A stretch of 64,000 nt of DNA from Escherichia phage vB_EcoM_CUA3. The translations under genes and the position numbers were made by a program. How positions within the stretch are numbered: the stretch's first letter is position 1; each line of letters opens with the position of its first letter. The notes under the pieces are model-generated. The model did not search any database, was not told the DNA's origin, and saw nothing but the letters and a program-made list of their open reading frames with translations. Below are positions 38,239 to 48,302 of the stretch, one piece after another. Where the stretch lies: the sequence record PP410321; one strand, written 5' to 3'.

Positions 38239-38424
38239 TTACTCACCTTTAGAGATTTTATCCATAACGAAAGAGATTGAACCAATTAAGAATGCCACTA
38301 CTAAAGAGATTGTATTCTCGGAAGTTGTAAGCAAATCCAACATGAATCCTGCAAACATACTAAAGCCAAAAGCAGTAACAGCGGCCAGTGCAGTAACATT
38401 TCTAATTAATTCGCAACGTTTCAT
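38239..38424 (-). CDS. hypothetical small membrane protein
   Basis: 61 aa with two hydrophobic segments. Confidence 0.35.
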   Translation of the reverse strand: MKRCELIRNVTALAAVTAFGFSMFAGFMLDLLTTSENTISLVVAFLIGSISFVMDKISKGE

Positions 38425-38786
38425 TTTATTATCCNNNNNCTCATNTGTTTTGATAGGGCTATAGTATCANNNNNNNNNNNNNNNNNNNNNNNNNNNNNNN
38501 NNNNNNNNNNNNNNNNNNNNNNNNNNNNNNNNNNNNNNNNNNNNNNNNNNNNNNNNNNNNNNNNNNNNNNNNNNNNNNNNNNNNNNNNNNNNNNNNNNNN
38601 NNNNNNNNNNNNNNNNNNNNNNNNNNNNNNNNNNNNNNNNNNNNNNNNNNNNNNNNNNNNNNNNNNNNNNNNNNNNNNNNNNNNNNNNNNNNNNNNNNNN
38701 NNNNNNNNNNNNNNNNNNNNNNNNNNNNNNNNNNNNNNNNNNNNNNNNNNNNNNNNNNNNNNNNTAAATTCTTGATAAGTTTTCAT
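38421..38786 (-). CDS. ipI: internal protein with capsid-targeting leader (ipI locus), body masked
   Basis: N-terminus MKTYQEF; located upstream of 57B as T4 ipI; early promoter repeat upstream. Confidence 0.55.
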   Translation of the reverse strand: MKTYQEFXXXXXXXXXXXXXXXXXXXXXXXXXXXXXXXXXXXXXXXXXXXXXXXXXXXXXXXXXXXXXXXXXXXXXXXXXXXXXXXXXXXXXXXXXXXXXXXXXXXDTIALSKXMXXXIIK

Positions 38787-39072
38787 TTTNNNGTTTCCAT
38801 TTGGTTNNNTTTGTTTTGATAGGTCTATAGTATCATNNNTATAGNCCTTGTAAANAACTTTTNNNNNNNNNNNNNNNNNNNNNNNNNNNNNNNNNNNNNN
38901 NNNNNNNNNNNNNNNNNNNNNNNNNNNNNNNNNNNNNNNNNNNNNNNNNNNNNNNNNNNNNNNNNNNNNNNNNNNNNNNNNNNNNNNNNNNNNNNNNNNN
39001 NNNNNNNNNNNNNNNNNNNNNNNNNNNNNNNNNNNNNNNNNNNNNNNNNNNNNNNNNNNNNNNNNNNNNNTT

Positions 39073-39780
<708 letters not shown>

Positions 39781-39788
<8 letters not shown>

Positions 39789-40542
39789 TTTTATTTCCTA
39801 ATAATTTATCAATAGTAGTGTATAGTTCAGAAAGAGTGCCGTTATTTTCAACAACAACGTCACCAGGTAAAATTGGTAGACCCGCTTCAGTGATGTGCGA
39901 GTCTTGTACTTGACCGGTTTCAGCGCGAACTACATGAATAATCGTAGCACCCATCGCTCTGAGCGAATCAATTTCGTGTGTTTGACGAACATCAGGTACG
40001 ACATAGTATTTCGCATCAGAGTATATTTTATCAAAATAGTCTAAAGCGAACAACTTAACCCAATACATCTTATCAAATTGGTTAACAATAATATCAGTCC
40101 CAAGGGTCTGCATGAGACGACGTACTGACCAATTGTTATTTTTATTTATTACTTCAAACAGCTGGTCTTTTGTTTCTTCAGACAGATACTGAACTGGGGT
40201 AAGACCATAATGATACGCGGTACGAACATCAATTCCTGGAATAGGAAGGATATTATTCAGCTTAACAATAGCATGTTCAAAGATATCAATAACATCATAT
40301 GGTTTTAAAGGAAGGGCTTCTTCACGGTCATAACCGATGCCTTCAAAACAATTAAAATCCAATTTAGGCATATAGCTACGGTCGAATACAGGGTCATCAG
40401 ATATGTATTCATAAGCTTCAGCCAGATACTTTTTAATAGGACCCGCGAGTTGGAATTTTACAGAATCCATATTCTCAATTACATAGTTAGCAACGGTATC
40501 CTTACCGCTACGTTTGATTCCTACAATTGATATTAGTTTCAT
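39781..40542 (-). CDS. 1: deoxynucleoside monophosphate kinase (T4 gp1 homolog)
   Basis: P-loop GIKRSGKDT, ...WSVRRLMQxLGTDIIVNxFDxMYWVKLFALDY... highly similar to T4 gp1. Confidence 0.9.
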
Positions 40543-41132
40543 TATTTTCTCATAGATGGATGCATAGACATACGAGCCACACGTTGTTCGGCATACGAAT
40601 CAATTTGTGGACGACCTGTAACTATTGTACCATCTATTTCTACAGCAAACGACTTGAAGTTGAATGTTGCTGTAGCGATTATAGCAGGGTCAGAATCTTC
40701 TTTATACGAGTATTGGATTTCCGATAGGTCGGACGGCCAACCGCCGTAGTAATGAATGCTCATTACGATTTTCTGTTTGTTGTTATCAAGGATATGGAGG
40801 GTAATCGCTTCAGGCAAGCCTTTAGGGTGCCAGGCTTCGGATTCATGTGTTACATAGTTGTTTAATGATAACATCCATTTATAAACGTCCATCCATGATT
40901 TCAACTCACGGTCTACAAGAAAGTTTACAATCAAGGGGTCGAATTCTACTGTAGAACCTGGCAGCTTAGCACGATGTATGCCCTGGGTCGATCCCGGGAC
41001 GTCTGAGATAGGAATATGGATACCAGGTAGTGTTACATCTTGCACGTTCAATTTGAATGACTGCGTCATTCCTGAGTCACTAACCTCTAAGATAAAGTTG
41101 GTAGTGTTAGTTTGGTTAAATAAACCGTTCAT
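40542..41132 (-). CDS. 3: tail completion / sheath stabilizer (T4 gp3 homolog)
   Basis: similar to T4 gp3 from memory; start ATG 41130-41132 or 41067-41069 (the latter gives the T4-like 176 aa). Confidence 0.75.
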   Translation of the reverse strand: MNGLFNQTNTTNFILEVSDSGMTQSFKLNVQDVTLPGIHIPISDVPGSTQGIHRAKLPGSTVEFDPLIVNFLVDRELKSWMDVYKWMLSLNNYVTHESEAWHPKGLPEAITLHILDNNKQKIVMSIHYYGGWPSDLSEIQYSYKEDSDPAIIATATFNFKSFAVEIDGTIVTGRPQIDSYAEQRVARMSMHPSMRK

Positions 41133-41145
41133 AGGATTCCTATAT

Positions 41146-41171
41146 TGCTTAAGTCCCAGACAGTGTATAAT
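41146..41171 (+). promoter_or_regulatory. plus-strand MotA-box/-10-like element between genes 3 and 2 (antisense orientation)
   Basis: tTGCTTAa (41146-41151), 14 nt, TATAAT (41166-41171); the TATAATGGTCCTAGG block also follows the -10 of two minus-strand promoters. Confidence 0.25.
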
Positions 41172-41217
41172 GGTCCTAGGTCTGTTCCATTCAATAACTG
41201 GCTGGGATAATAGATTA

Positions 41218-42045
41218 TTATGCGTTCTTCCATACTTTCTGAGCCGAGTAACGCTTACCTTTAGACATGAACTGTTGAAGTGGAAGCATGACCACATTAG
41301 CCCAATCAGAAGGTTTTATCTCTACTAAAGGTCCCTTGATATTTCCAGGGATATAAGCCTTAATCATCACGTCAGCACCAGCAAATCCTTTTACCTTACT
41401 CCAATCGATTTTTAATTTGGTCGAGTTCGTAATGGTAGGCGTACTCGCGTATTGCTTCAGCAATTCTTCTAGAAATTGTTGGCGTGCTTTAGGCGGAATA
41501 TAGTGTAAGTTCAACCCATACATCAGATTATGCTTACCGAGACCGAGATAAATGATTAAAGGATATTTGTCCCAGTAGGGTAATGTATCCTTGTGTTTAG
41601 CATCGTAGATATAAGCATAAAGCTTACCAGGAGATGGTTTAGATACCTGGTGTCCTCTAATTCCTTTCTTTAATGTTTCTGTAAACCATTTAGCTGATTT
41701 ATTGTTTACAGCAGCGCCTTCGTTAGCAATCTTATCACGAATACTCTTTCTAAAACTATTCACCAAAATCAATTGACGTTCAGCTTTGGTTAATTTATTG
41801 CCAGGTTTCTTCTGGAGTTTTTCGACCTGTACAGCAGTTTTAATTCGACTCGAGTATCGAGACATCGCAGATGTAAAGCTAGAATACTTAATGCCTTTAT
41901 CTTCAGCGAATTTCTTAGCCGAGACACCTTTGGCCTTAGCTTTGGCATATTCAACACCTAAAGCTATCCATTGTTGTTCTGAACGAGTAGGCTTGGAACC
42001 TTTTGTAGTTTCAGTAGCCTCATTGATGTAGGAAAATATACTCAT
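41218..42045 (-). CDS. 2: DNA end-protector protein (T4 gp2 homolog)
   Basis: start at ATG 42043-42045 (MSIFSYI...) with SD aagga, 275 aa (T4 gp2 274 aa). Confidence 0.85.
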   Translation of the reverse strand: MSIFSYINEATETTKGSKPTRSEQQWIALGVEYAKAKAKGVSAKKFAEDKGIKYSSFTSAMSRYSSRIKTAVQVEKLQKKPGNKLTKAERQLILVNSFRKSIRDKIANEGAAVNNKSAKWFTETLKKGIRGHQVSKPSPGKLYAYIYDAKHKDTLPYWDKYPLIIYLGLGKHNLMYGLNLHYIPPKARQQFLEELLKQYASTPTITNSTKLKIDWSKVKGFAGADVMIKAYIPGNIKGPLVEIKPSDWANVVMLPLQQFMSKGKRYSAQKVWKNA

Positions 42046-42491
42046 CCTTTCCATCCTAATTTTTTCAGTGAATGTTCGGTAATCAATCTAAAGGTGATAC
42101 CCATTTTATCTGCTGTAGCTTTAGCTGCTTTCCACTTATCAGTATTAACAGACCAAGTATAGTGTTCGTTGATATATCTCTTTTTAGCAGCCGTAGTCAT
42201 TTTAACAGGCACCGCAGGAGCATGGGTTTCTTTAAAAGGTTTGACTTCAAAAAAGAATTGTTGGCCTGTATCAAATTTAACCCAGAAGTCCATAAAATAT
42301 CGTCTTTTCTTTCCTTCGGCATTGCAAAAGTAAGGAATGACCACCTCTTCTGAATTCCACTGGACTACATTAGGATGGTTGTCAAGCCAACGCATAAACC
42401 ATGCTTCCCATGAGGAACGATATTGGATTTTCTTCCAGTCACCTTTATATTTTTGTAAGTTGGTAGGTTTAAATTTCCCTGAGTAAGCCAT
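42042..42491 (-). CDS. 4: head completion protein (T4 gp4 homolog)
   Basis: start ATG 42489-42491 (MAYSGKF...), 150 aa, high identity to T4 gp4; SD aggagg. Confidence 0.9.
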   Translation of the reverse strand: MAYSGKFKPTNLQKYKGDWKKIQYRSSWEAWFMRWLDNHPNVVQWNSEEVVIPYFCNAEGKKRRYFMDFWVKFDTGQQFFFEVKPFKETHAPAVPVKMTTAAKKRYINEHYTWSVNTDKWKAAKATADKMGITFRLITEHSLKKLGWKG

Positions 42492-42502
42492 AGTTGCCTC
42501 CT

Positions 42503-42510
42503 TATAAATA
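42503..42510 (+). promoter_or_regulatory. late promoter (TATAAATA) for gene 53
   Basis: exact TATAAATA on plus strand 28 nt upstream of gene 53 ATG. Confidence 0.7.
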
Positions 42511-42517
42511 TTAATAT

Positions 42518-42525
42518 TATTTATA
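42518..42525 (-). promoter_or_regulatory. late promoter (TATAAATA) for gene 4
   Basis: exact TATAAATA on minus strand 27 nt upstream of gene 4 ATG. Confidence 0.7.
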
Positions 42526-42537
42526 CTCGGAGGCCCT

Positions 42538-43140
42538 ATGCTCTTCTCATTTTTCGATCCCATCGATTACGAATCAAAAACAGTCAAGCCGGATTCGGGC
42601 TCATTAACTAATGCCGATGTATTGAGCGTACCGATGACTGATATATTTAGAAATTATAAAGAATATTTTGATAAAGTGGCTAAAAACTATACACTAAAGA
42701 CTTATTATATCAACGGAGCTCCACGTCCTGAAGAACTTGCCAATCTTCTTTATGGCAACGTCCAATTATATTGGGTTCTACTGATGTGTAATAATATATA
42801 CGACCCGTATTATGGATGGATTACCGGCCAAGAAGCGGCCTACCAAGCAGCTGTCCAAAGATATTCTACAGCCGGCGGAAACCAGGTCCTTTACCATGTA
42901 AACGAAAAAGGTGAGAAATTCTGGAATCTTGTCAACACCCCGGAAAATCCATATACTTGGTATGATAAAGGTGATACAGAAAAACGTTATCCTCAATACG
43001 AAGGCCCGTTGGCTGCAGTAGATATTTACGAGGATGCTATTCGCAAAAATGAATATAAGCGCGAAATAAAAATTATAGACCCTAATGATATTGAGTCTTT
43101 TATTTCTGCTCTTATTCGTGAAATGGAGAAAGCCCTCTAA
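42538..43140 (+). CDS. 53: baseplate wedge protein (T4 gp53 homolog)
   Basis: 200 aa, strong similarity to T4 gp53 (MLFxFFDPI...MTDIFRNYK...YYGWIT). Confidence 0.9.
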   Translation: MLFSFFDPIDYESKTVKPDSGSLTNADVLSVPMTDIFRNYKEYFDKVAKNYTLKTYYINGAPRPEELANLLYGNVQLYWVLLMCNNIYDPYYGWITGQEAAYQAAVQRYSTAGGNQVLYHVNEKGEKFWNLVNTPENPYTWYDKGDTEKRYPQYEGPLAAVDIYEDAIRKNEYKREIKIIDPNDIESFISALIREMEKAL

Positions 43141-44882
43141 TGATTAACATGTCTGATAACGTAAGTTGGTTCGTCGGTGTAGTTGAAGACCGAATGGACC
43201 CGCTCCAACAGGGCCGAGTACGCGTACGCGTATGGGGTATGCACCCGTATGAAAAAGTACAGGGCCCTGTAAAAGGCCTTCGTACAGAAGATTTACCATG
43301 GATGTCGGTATTAATGCCCACATCTTCTGCCTCTGTTTCAGGTATACAAACCGCTATGACAGGTATGGTCCCAGGTACACAAGTTTACGGACACTTTCTT
43401 GATAAGTGGAAATTAAACGGGCTTGTCCTAGGTACATATGGTTCAGCTTCAAAACAAAAGGCAAATCCAAACGAAGGTTTTAGCGACCCCACAGGACAGT
43501 ATCCACTTTATTTAGGTAATGATGCCGCTGCACTAAACCGAGGTGGTGAAGTTGGATACGACGCCACTTCTAACGTAATACAAGATGCAAACACTGATGT
43601 GGGTATTAATCCCGATGGGTTGGATTTAAGCCAAGTTAAGCCTGATGATAATCCTAATTTCACAATAGAAAACATGCTTCATCGTGATGAGGGTCTTCGT
43701 CTTAAGGTATATTGGGACACTGAAGGATATCCTACCATAGGTATAGGTCACCTTATTACTCCACAACCTATTAGAGATATGAATCAAATAAACAAAATAT
43801 TATCTAATCAAATAGGTCGTGAAGTTAAAGGAAACCCGGGTGCAATATCAATGGACGAGGCTTCTAAATTATTCCAAGAAGACCTTAAAAAAGTCCAGAG
43901 CGATATAGGCCGTCACAGTGTCGTAGGTCCGGTTTACAATAAAGAAAACCGTTCGAGACAAATGGCCCTTGAAAACATGGCTTTCCAAATGGGGTTAGGC
44001 GGGCTTGCTAAATTNNNNNNNNNNNNNNNNNNNNNNNNNNNNNNNNNNNNNNNNNNNNNNNNNNNNNNNGCTCGTAATTCAGTATGGTTTAACCAAACTA
44101 AGGGACGTGCCTCAAGGGTATCAATGATTATTCTTACCGGTAATATGGAATCATACGGTATTATGGCCCCTAAAGAAAGAGAATTTAATGGCCGTTCTTA
44201 TAGGATGATTCAAACCTTTGCGGCCCCTACAAATTCAGACCCGGCCGACCCATGGACTCCGGAAGATACAAGGATTCTTTTTAAAGAGCCAGATTCCAGT
44301 TATAAAGGCGAATATCCATATGTCCAAACTATGCAAACTGAAGGCGGGCATATCCAAGAATTCGATAACACCCCAGGGCAAGAACGTTACCGATTAATTC
44401 ACCCTACAGGTAGTTATGAAGAAGTTGCTCCTGACGGACGTAAAACTTCTAAGACTGTAGCCGATGGATATTATATGACCCAAGGCGATTCCAATACTTA
44501 TGTTGGTGGTAATAATAAAGTCAATATAGGTGGTGATGAAACCTATTATAATATGGCAAACGTTCGACGTCAAACTGACGGTTCTGAAAGCATTCATATT
44601 CGTGGTAATGAAACCAAAACGGTAGAAGGTGACGGAACCCTTATTGTTAAAGGAAATGTTACGGTTATTGTTGAAGGTAATGCCGATATAACTGTTAAAG
44701 GTGATGCAAAAACCTTAGTCGAAGGCAACCATGATTATACAGTAAATGGAAATGTTAAGTGGTCGGTAAATGGAAACGTTGATATGACTGTTGCCGGTAA
44801 TTGGTCTGAAACTATGTCAACAATGAGTTCAATTGCATCTGGACAATATACTATTGATGGTTCGAGGATTGACATTGGCTAA
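43140..44882 (+). CDS. 5: baseplate hub / cell-puncturing protein with lysozyme domain (T4 gp5 homolog)
   Basis: 580 aa; T4-lysozyme-like central domain (ENMLHRDEGLRLKVYWDTEGYPTIGIGHLI) and C-terminal beta-helix repeats; short N run inside. Confidence 0.92.
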   Translation: MINMSDNVSWFVGVVEDRMDPLQQGRVRVRVWGMHPYEKVQGPVKGLRTEDLPWMSVLMPTSSASVSGIQTAMTGMVPGTQVYGHFLDKWKLNGLVLGTYGSASKQKANPNEGFSDPTGQYPLYLGNDAAALNRGGEVGYDATSNVIQDANTDVGINPDGLDLSQVKPDDNPNFTIENMLHRDEGLRLKVYWDTEGYPTIGIGHLITPQPIRDMNQINKILSNQIGREVKGNPGAISMDEASKLFQEDLKKVQSDIGRHSVVGPVYNKENRSRQMALENMAFQMGLGGLAKXXXXXXXXXXXXXXXXXXXARNSVWFNQTKGRASRVSMIILTGNMESYGIMAPKEREFNGRSYRMIQTFAAPTNSDPADPWTPEDTRILFKEPDSSYKGEYPYVQTMQTEGGHIQEFDNTPGQERYRLIHPTGSYEEVAPDGRKTSKTVADGYYMTQGDSNTYVGGNNKVNIGGDETYYNMANVRRQTDGSESIHIRGNETKTVEGDGTLIVKGNVTVIVEGNADITVKGDAKTLVEGNHDYTVNGNVKWSVNGNVDMTVAGNWSETMSTMSSIASGQYTIDGSRIDIG

Positions 44883-44916
44883 TATTCTACCTATGAGCAC
44901 GGATTTAGGAGACTCC

Positions 44917-45368
44917 ATGGAAGGAGCCTCAATCGATGTTACGTTTACCGCTCAATTAGAAACAAACGAAACATTAGTCGAAATAAATATAACAGAATAT
45001 GAGCCAACAGAAGGCATTATTGTCGATGGGGCTCGTTTATATGGAACCTATGAATCAGTATTTGGATTCTCTGAAGATGCGTTAAAATACCGATTAGGCG
45101 ATGAATTTAAAACAGCCGGTTCATGGAAAGATTTACCAGAGGACAAGAGCACTCAATTATACCTCTGGAAAGCCCCTGGTAATCTCCAGAAGACTTTTTC
45201 CTATACCGTCACATTAATCTATGACTTCCAAGAAGAGTCATCAGGAGGTGATACAGGGAGCTCAGGAGGAAGTAATTCTAGAGCCGGTAGTGAAACCGAC
45301 CCTCCTCCAGCACCAGTAAGAAAAACTCTTACTAAGGTCTATACAAAGGTTATAGTAGGTAATTGGAG
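44917..45368 (+). CDS. hypothetical protein (5.1 position), 3' part masked
   Basis: ATG 44917 with SD aggag; Gly/Ser-rich low-complexity segment; continues into N run 45369-46009. Confidence 0.5.
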
Positions 45369-46014
45369 NNNNNNNNNNNNNNNNNNNNNNNNNNNNNNNN
45401 NNNNNNNNNNNNNNNNNNNNNNNNNNNNNNNNNNNNNNNNNNNNNNNNNNNNNNNNNNNNNNNNNNNNNNNNNNNNNNNNNNNNNNNNNNNNNNNNNNNN
45501 NNNNNNNNNNNNNNNNNNNNNNNNNNNNNNNNNNNNNNNNNNNNNNNNNNNNNNNNNNNNNNNNNNNNNNNNNNNNNNNNNNNNNNNNNNNNNNNNNNNN
45601 NNNNNNNNNNNNNNNNNNNNNNNNNNNNNNNNNNNNNNNNNNNNNNNNNNNNNNNNNNNNNNNNNNNNNNNNNNNNNNNNNNNNNNNNNNNNNNNNNNNN
45701 NNNNNNNNNNNNNNNNNNNNNNNNNNNNNNNNNNNNNNNNNNNNNNNNNNNNNNNNNNNNNNNNNNNNNNNNNNNNNNNNNNNNNNNNNNNNNNNNNNNN
45801 NNNNNNNNNNNNNNNNNNNNNNNNNNNNNNNNNNNNNNNNNNNNNNNNNNNNNNNNNNNNNNNNNNNNNNNNNNNNNNNNNNNNNNNNNNNNNNNNNNNN
45901 NNNNNNNNNNNNNNNNNNNNNNNNNNNNNNNNNNNNNNNNNNNNNNNNNNNNNNNNNNNNNNNNNNNNNNNNNNNNNNNNNNNNNNNNNNNNNNNNNNNN
46001 NNNNNNNNNCNATA

Positions 46015-46308
46015 ATGTCGGGCTTAAGTTATAACCAATGCGTAACGGCAGGTCATGAAGCATGGCCTCCTACAGTAATAAATGCCACCCAGGGTAAAGT
46101 ATTTACAGGTGGCATTCCTGTACTAGTCGATGGGGACCCAATAACTCCTCATACAGAAATTAAAAAACCATATGAAACCCACGGTGGGGTAACCCAACCT
46201 AGAACATCAAAGGTATATGTTACAGGCAAAAAGGCTGTCCAAATGGCAGACCCTATTTCGTGTGGCGATACAGTCGCACAAGCCTCATCTAAAGTATTCA
46301 TAAAATAG
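46015..46308 (+). CDS. 5.4: PAAR-repeat spike-tip protein (T4 gp5.4 homolog)
   Basis: 97 aa, [19 protein letters not shown]...[10 protein letters not shown] near-identical to T4 gp5.4 as I recall it. Confidence 0.85.
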   Translation: MSGLSYNQCVTAGHEAWPPTVINATQGKVFTGGIPVLVDGDPITPHTEIKKPYETHGGVTQPRTSKVYVTGKKAVQMADPISCGDTVAQASSKVFIK

Positions 46309-46316
46309 GAATTAAA

Positions 46317-48275
46317 ATGGCTACTCCTACGAATTACCAATTAACAAGAACCGTTAACGCTATCCCAAAAGTATTTGTGGGAGCTACGTTTGAAGAAATT
46401 AAAAAGAATATTATAGACTGGCTTTCCAGCCAGGACGAATTTAAGGATTATGATTTCGTTGGTTCTCGAATGAATATCCTTATTGATATGCTTGCTTATA
46501 ATACCCTTTATATGCAGCAATTTGCTAACACAGCTTTATACGAATCTTTTATAGGAACAGCAAACCTTCGTTCTTCGGTTGTCCAAGCGGCACAAGACAA
46601 TGGATATCTCCCTAGTTCTAAGTCTGCAGCCAAAACTAGTANNATGCTAACATGTACGCAAGCCCTTAATGAAAAGAATATTCGTATCCCTAGAGGTACT
46701 AAATTCCTGGCTTATGCACGTGATACATCAGCGGACCCGTATGCTTTTGTGACCACTGATAACGTTATTGCCGTACGTGATGTTAATAACCAATATTGGC
46801 CTATTGTTTCTTTGGCCCAGGGACGTATTATTCGTACCGAACTTAAATATGACCCTAAAACTCCTATTCTTATTCGTGACCCTGATATCGATAGACAAGA
46901 AGTTAGACTTTATGTTGATGGCGCCGAATGGATTAACTGGACTGATAAATCAATGGTTCACGCTGGCAGTACTTCAACAATTTATTATATGCGTGAAACC
47001 GTAGATGGTAATACAGAATTCTTCTTTGGTGAGGGTGAAGCCGAGAAATCTGTTGCAGGTGGAGTATTAGAAGCTAATTATATCGGTGGTCTAAAACCTG
47101 TTAAAGATTCTACTATTGTCATTGAATATCTTCGTACAGATGGTGAAGTTGCTAANNNNNNNNNNNNNNNNNNNNNNNNNNNNNNNNNNNNNNNNNNNNN
47201 NNNNNAAAANATNANNNAAANNTATNNNNNNNNNCCTGATTATGTGGGTGCTGATGGCGGTGGTGACCCTGAAGATATTGAACGTATTCGAGAGCTGGCT
47301 GTAGTTAAGCGTGAAGCCCAGATGCGTGCTGTTACAGGAACCGACTATGATACATTCGTGTCTGAACGTTTTGGTTCTATTGTACAAGCAGTACAAACCT
47401 TTACAGACCCAAATAAACCAGGTTATGCTTTTGTTACCATTAAACCTAAATCAGGATTGTATTTGACCGCGGTTCAACGTGAAGATATCCAGGATTATCT
47501 AAAAGAATTTAACTTAGCCCCTATTACCGCTTCTGTTATTTCTCCAGATTATTTGTTCTTAAAGCATAAAATTAAGGTATCGTATGCCTTGAATAAATTA
47601 CAGGAATCTGAACAGTGGCTATCGGCTCAAATTCTTTCTCAGATAGACCGTTATTATATTAACGAAGTAGAAATTTTTAACCATGGATTCGCTAAGTCAA
47701 AAATGCTGACTTATATTGATAACGCAGACCATAGTATTTTAGGCTCCTCTGCTACCATAACAATGGTTCGCGAGGTATTGAACTTTTTCAAAACTCCTGA
47801 GTCAGGTATTAAATACTATAATCAATACACTAACCGTTCTGTGGTTTCTAGTGAATTTGAGTTTGTCCCTACTAACGTTTCNNNNNNNNNNNNNNNNNNN
47901 NNNNNNNNNNNNNNNNNNACAGATAAAGATGAGCGTGGTGATGGTAAAATAGTTATTGGTCCTTTCCGTCCAGGAGATGTGATTGAAAACCAATATATTA
48001 AACCTTATACAGGAAATGACTTTGATAAAATGCCTGCTCCTGCAGACCAATCTGTTTATTACGTTATAGGTGAAATCGATTATTATTCAGATTTCATTTT
48101 CTGGGANNNNNNNNNNNNNNNNNNNNNNNNNGATCGTTTTGAAGTTCAATCTATAGAACTTTATGCAGGACCTGACCAAGATAACATCTTTACAAAAGAC
48201 GGTTCGTTAATCGTATTTGAAGATGACCTCCGCCCTCAATACACGACCATTGAATTAGAACCTATTACAATATAA
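46317..48275 (+). CDS. 6: baseplate wedge protein (T4 gp6 homolog)
   Basis: 652 aa, position and length as T4 gp6 (660 aa); short N runs inside. Confidence 0.85.
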   Translation: MATPTNYQLTRTVNAIPKVFVGATFEEIKKNIIDWLSSQDEFKDYDFVGSRMNILIDMLAYNTLYMQQFANTALYESFIGTANLRSSVVQAAQDNGYLPSSKSAAKTSXMLTCTQALNEKNIRIPRGTKFLAYARDTSADPYAFVTTDNVIAVRDVNNQYWPIVSLAQGRIIRTELKYDPKTPILIRDPDIDRQEVRLYVDGAEWINWTDKSMVHAGSTSTIYYMRETVDGNTEFFFGEGEAEKSVAGGVLEANYIGGLKPVKDSTIVIEYLRTDGEVAXXXXXXXXXXXXXXXXXXXXXXXYXXXPDYVGADGGGDPEDIERIRELAVVKREAQMRAVTGTDYDTFVSERFGSIVQAVQTFTDPNKPGYAFVTIKPKSGLYLTAVQREDIQDYLKEFNLAPITASVISPDYLFLKHKIKVSYALNKLQESEQWLSAQILSQIDRYYINEVEIFNHGFAKSKMLTYIDNADHSILGSSATITMVREVLNFFKTPESGIKYYNQYTNRSVVSSEFEFVPTNVXXXXXXXXXXXXXTDKDERGDGKIVIGPFRPGDVIENQYIKPYTGNDFDKMPAPADQSVYYVIGEIDYYSDFIFWXXXXXXXXXDRFEVQSIELYAGPDQDNIFTKDGSLIVFEDDLRPQYTTIELEPITI

Positions 48276-48302
48276 GCCTCTTAGGAGGTTTGAGGAGATT
48301 TA

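Noticed and set aside
15090-38870. Interspersed repeat family tgataggtctatagtatca ... gtaaac considered as a MITE, CRISPR-like array or recombination site
   Set aside because: Copies are irregularly spaced, always oriented with the downstream gene, always followed by SD plus ATG, and match the T4 early promoter consensus; annotated as promoters instead.
44394-44597. Minus-strand ORFs inside late structural genes (44394..44597, 45350..46063, 47091..47396, 49434..49754, 51400..51747, 62881..63639)
   Set aside because: Antisense to strongly supported genes 5 to 17; no independent support.
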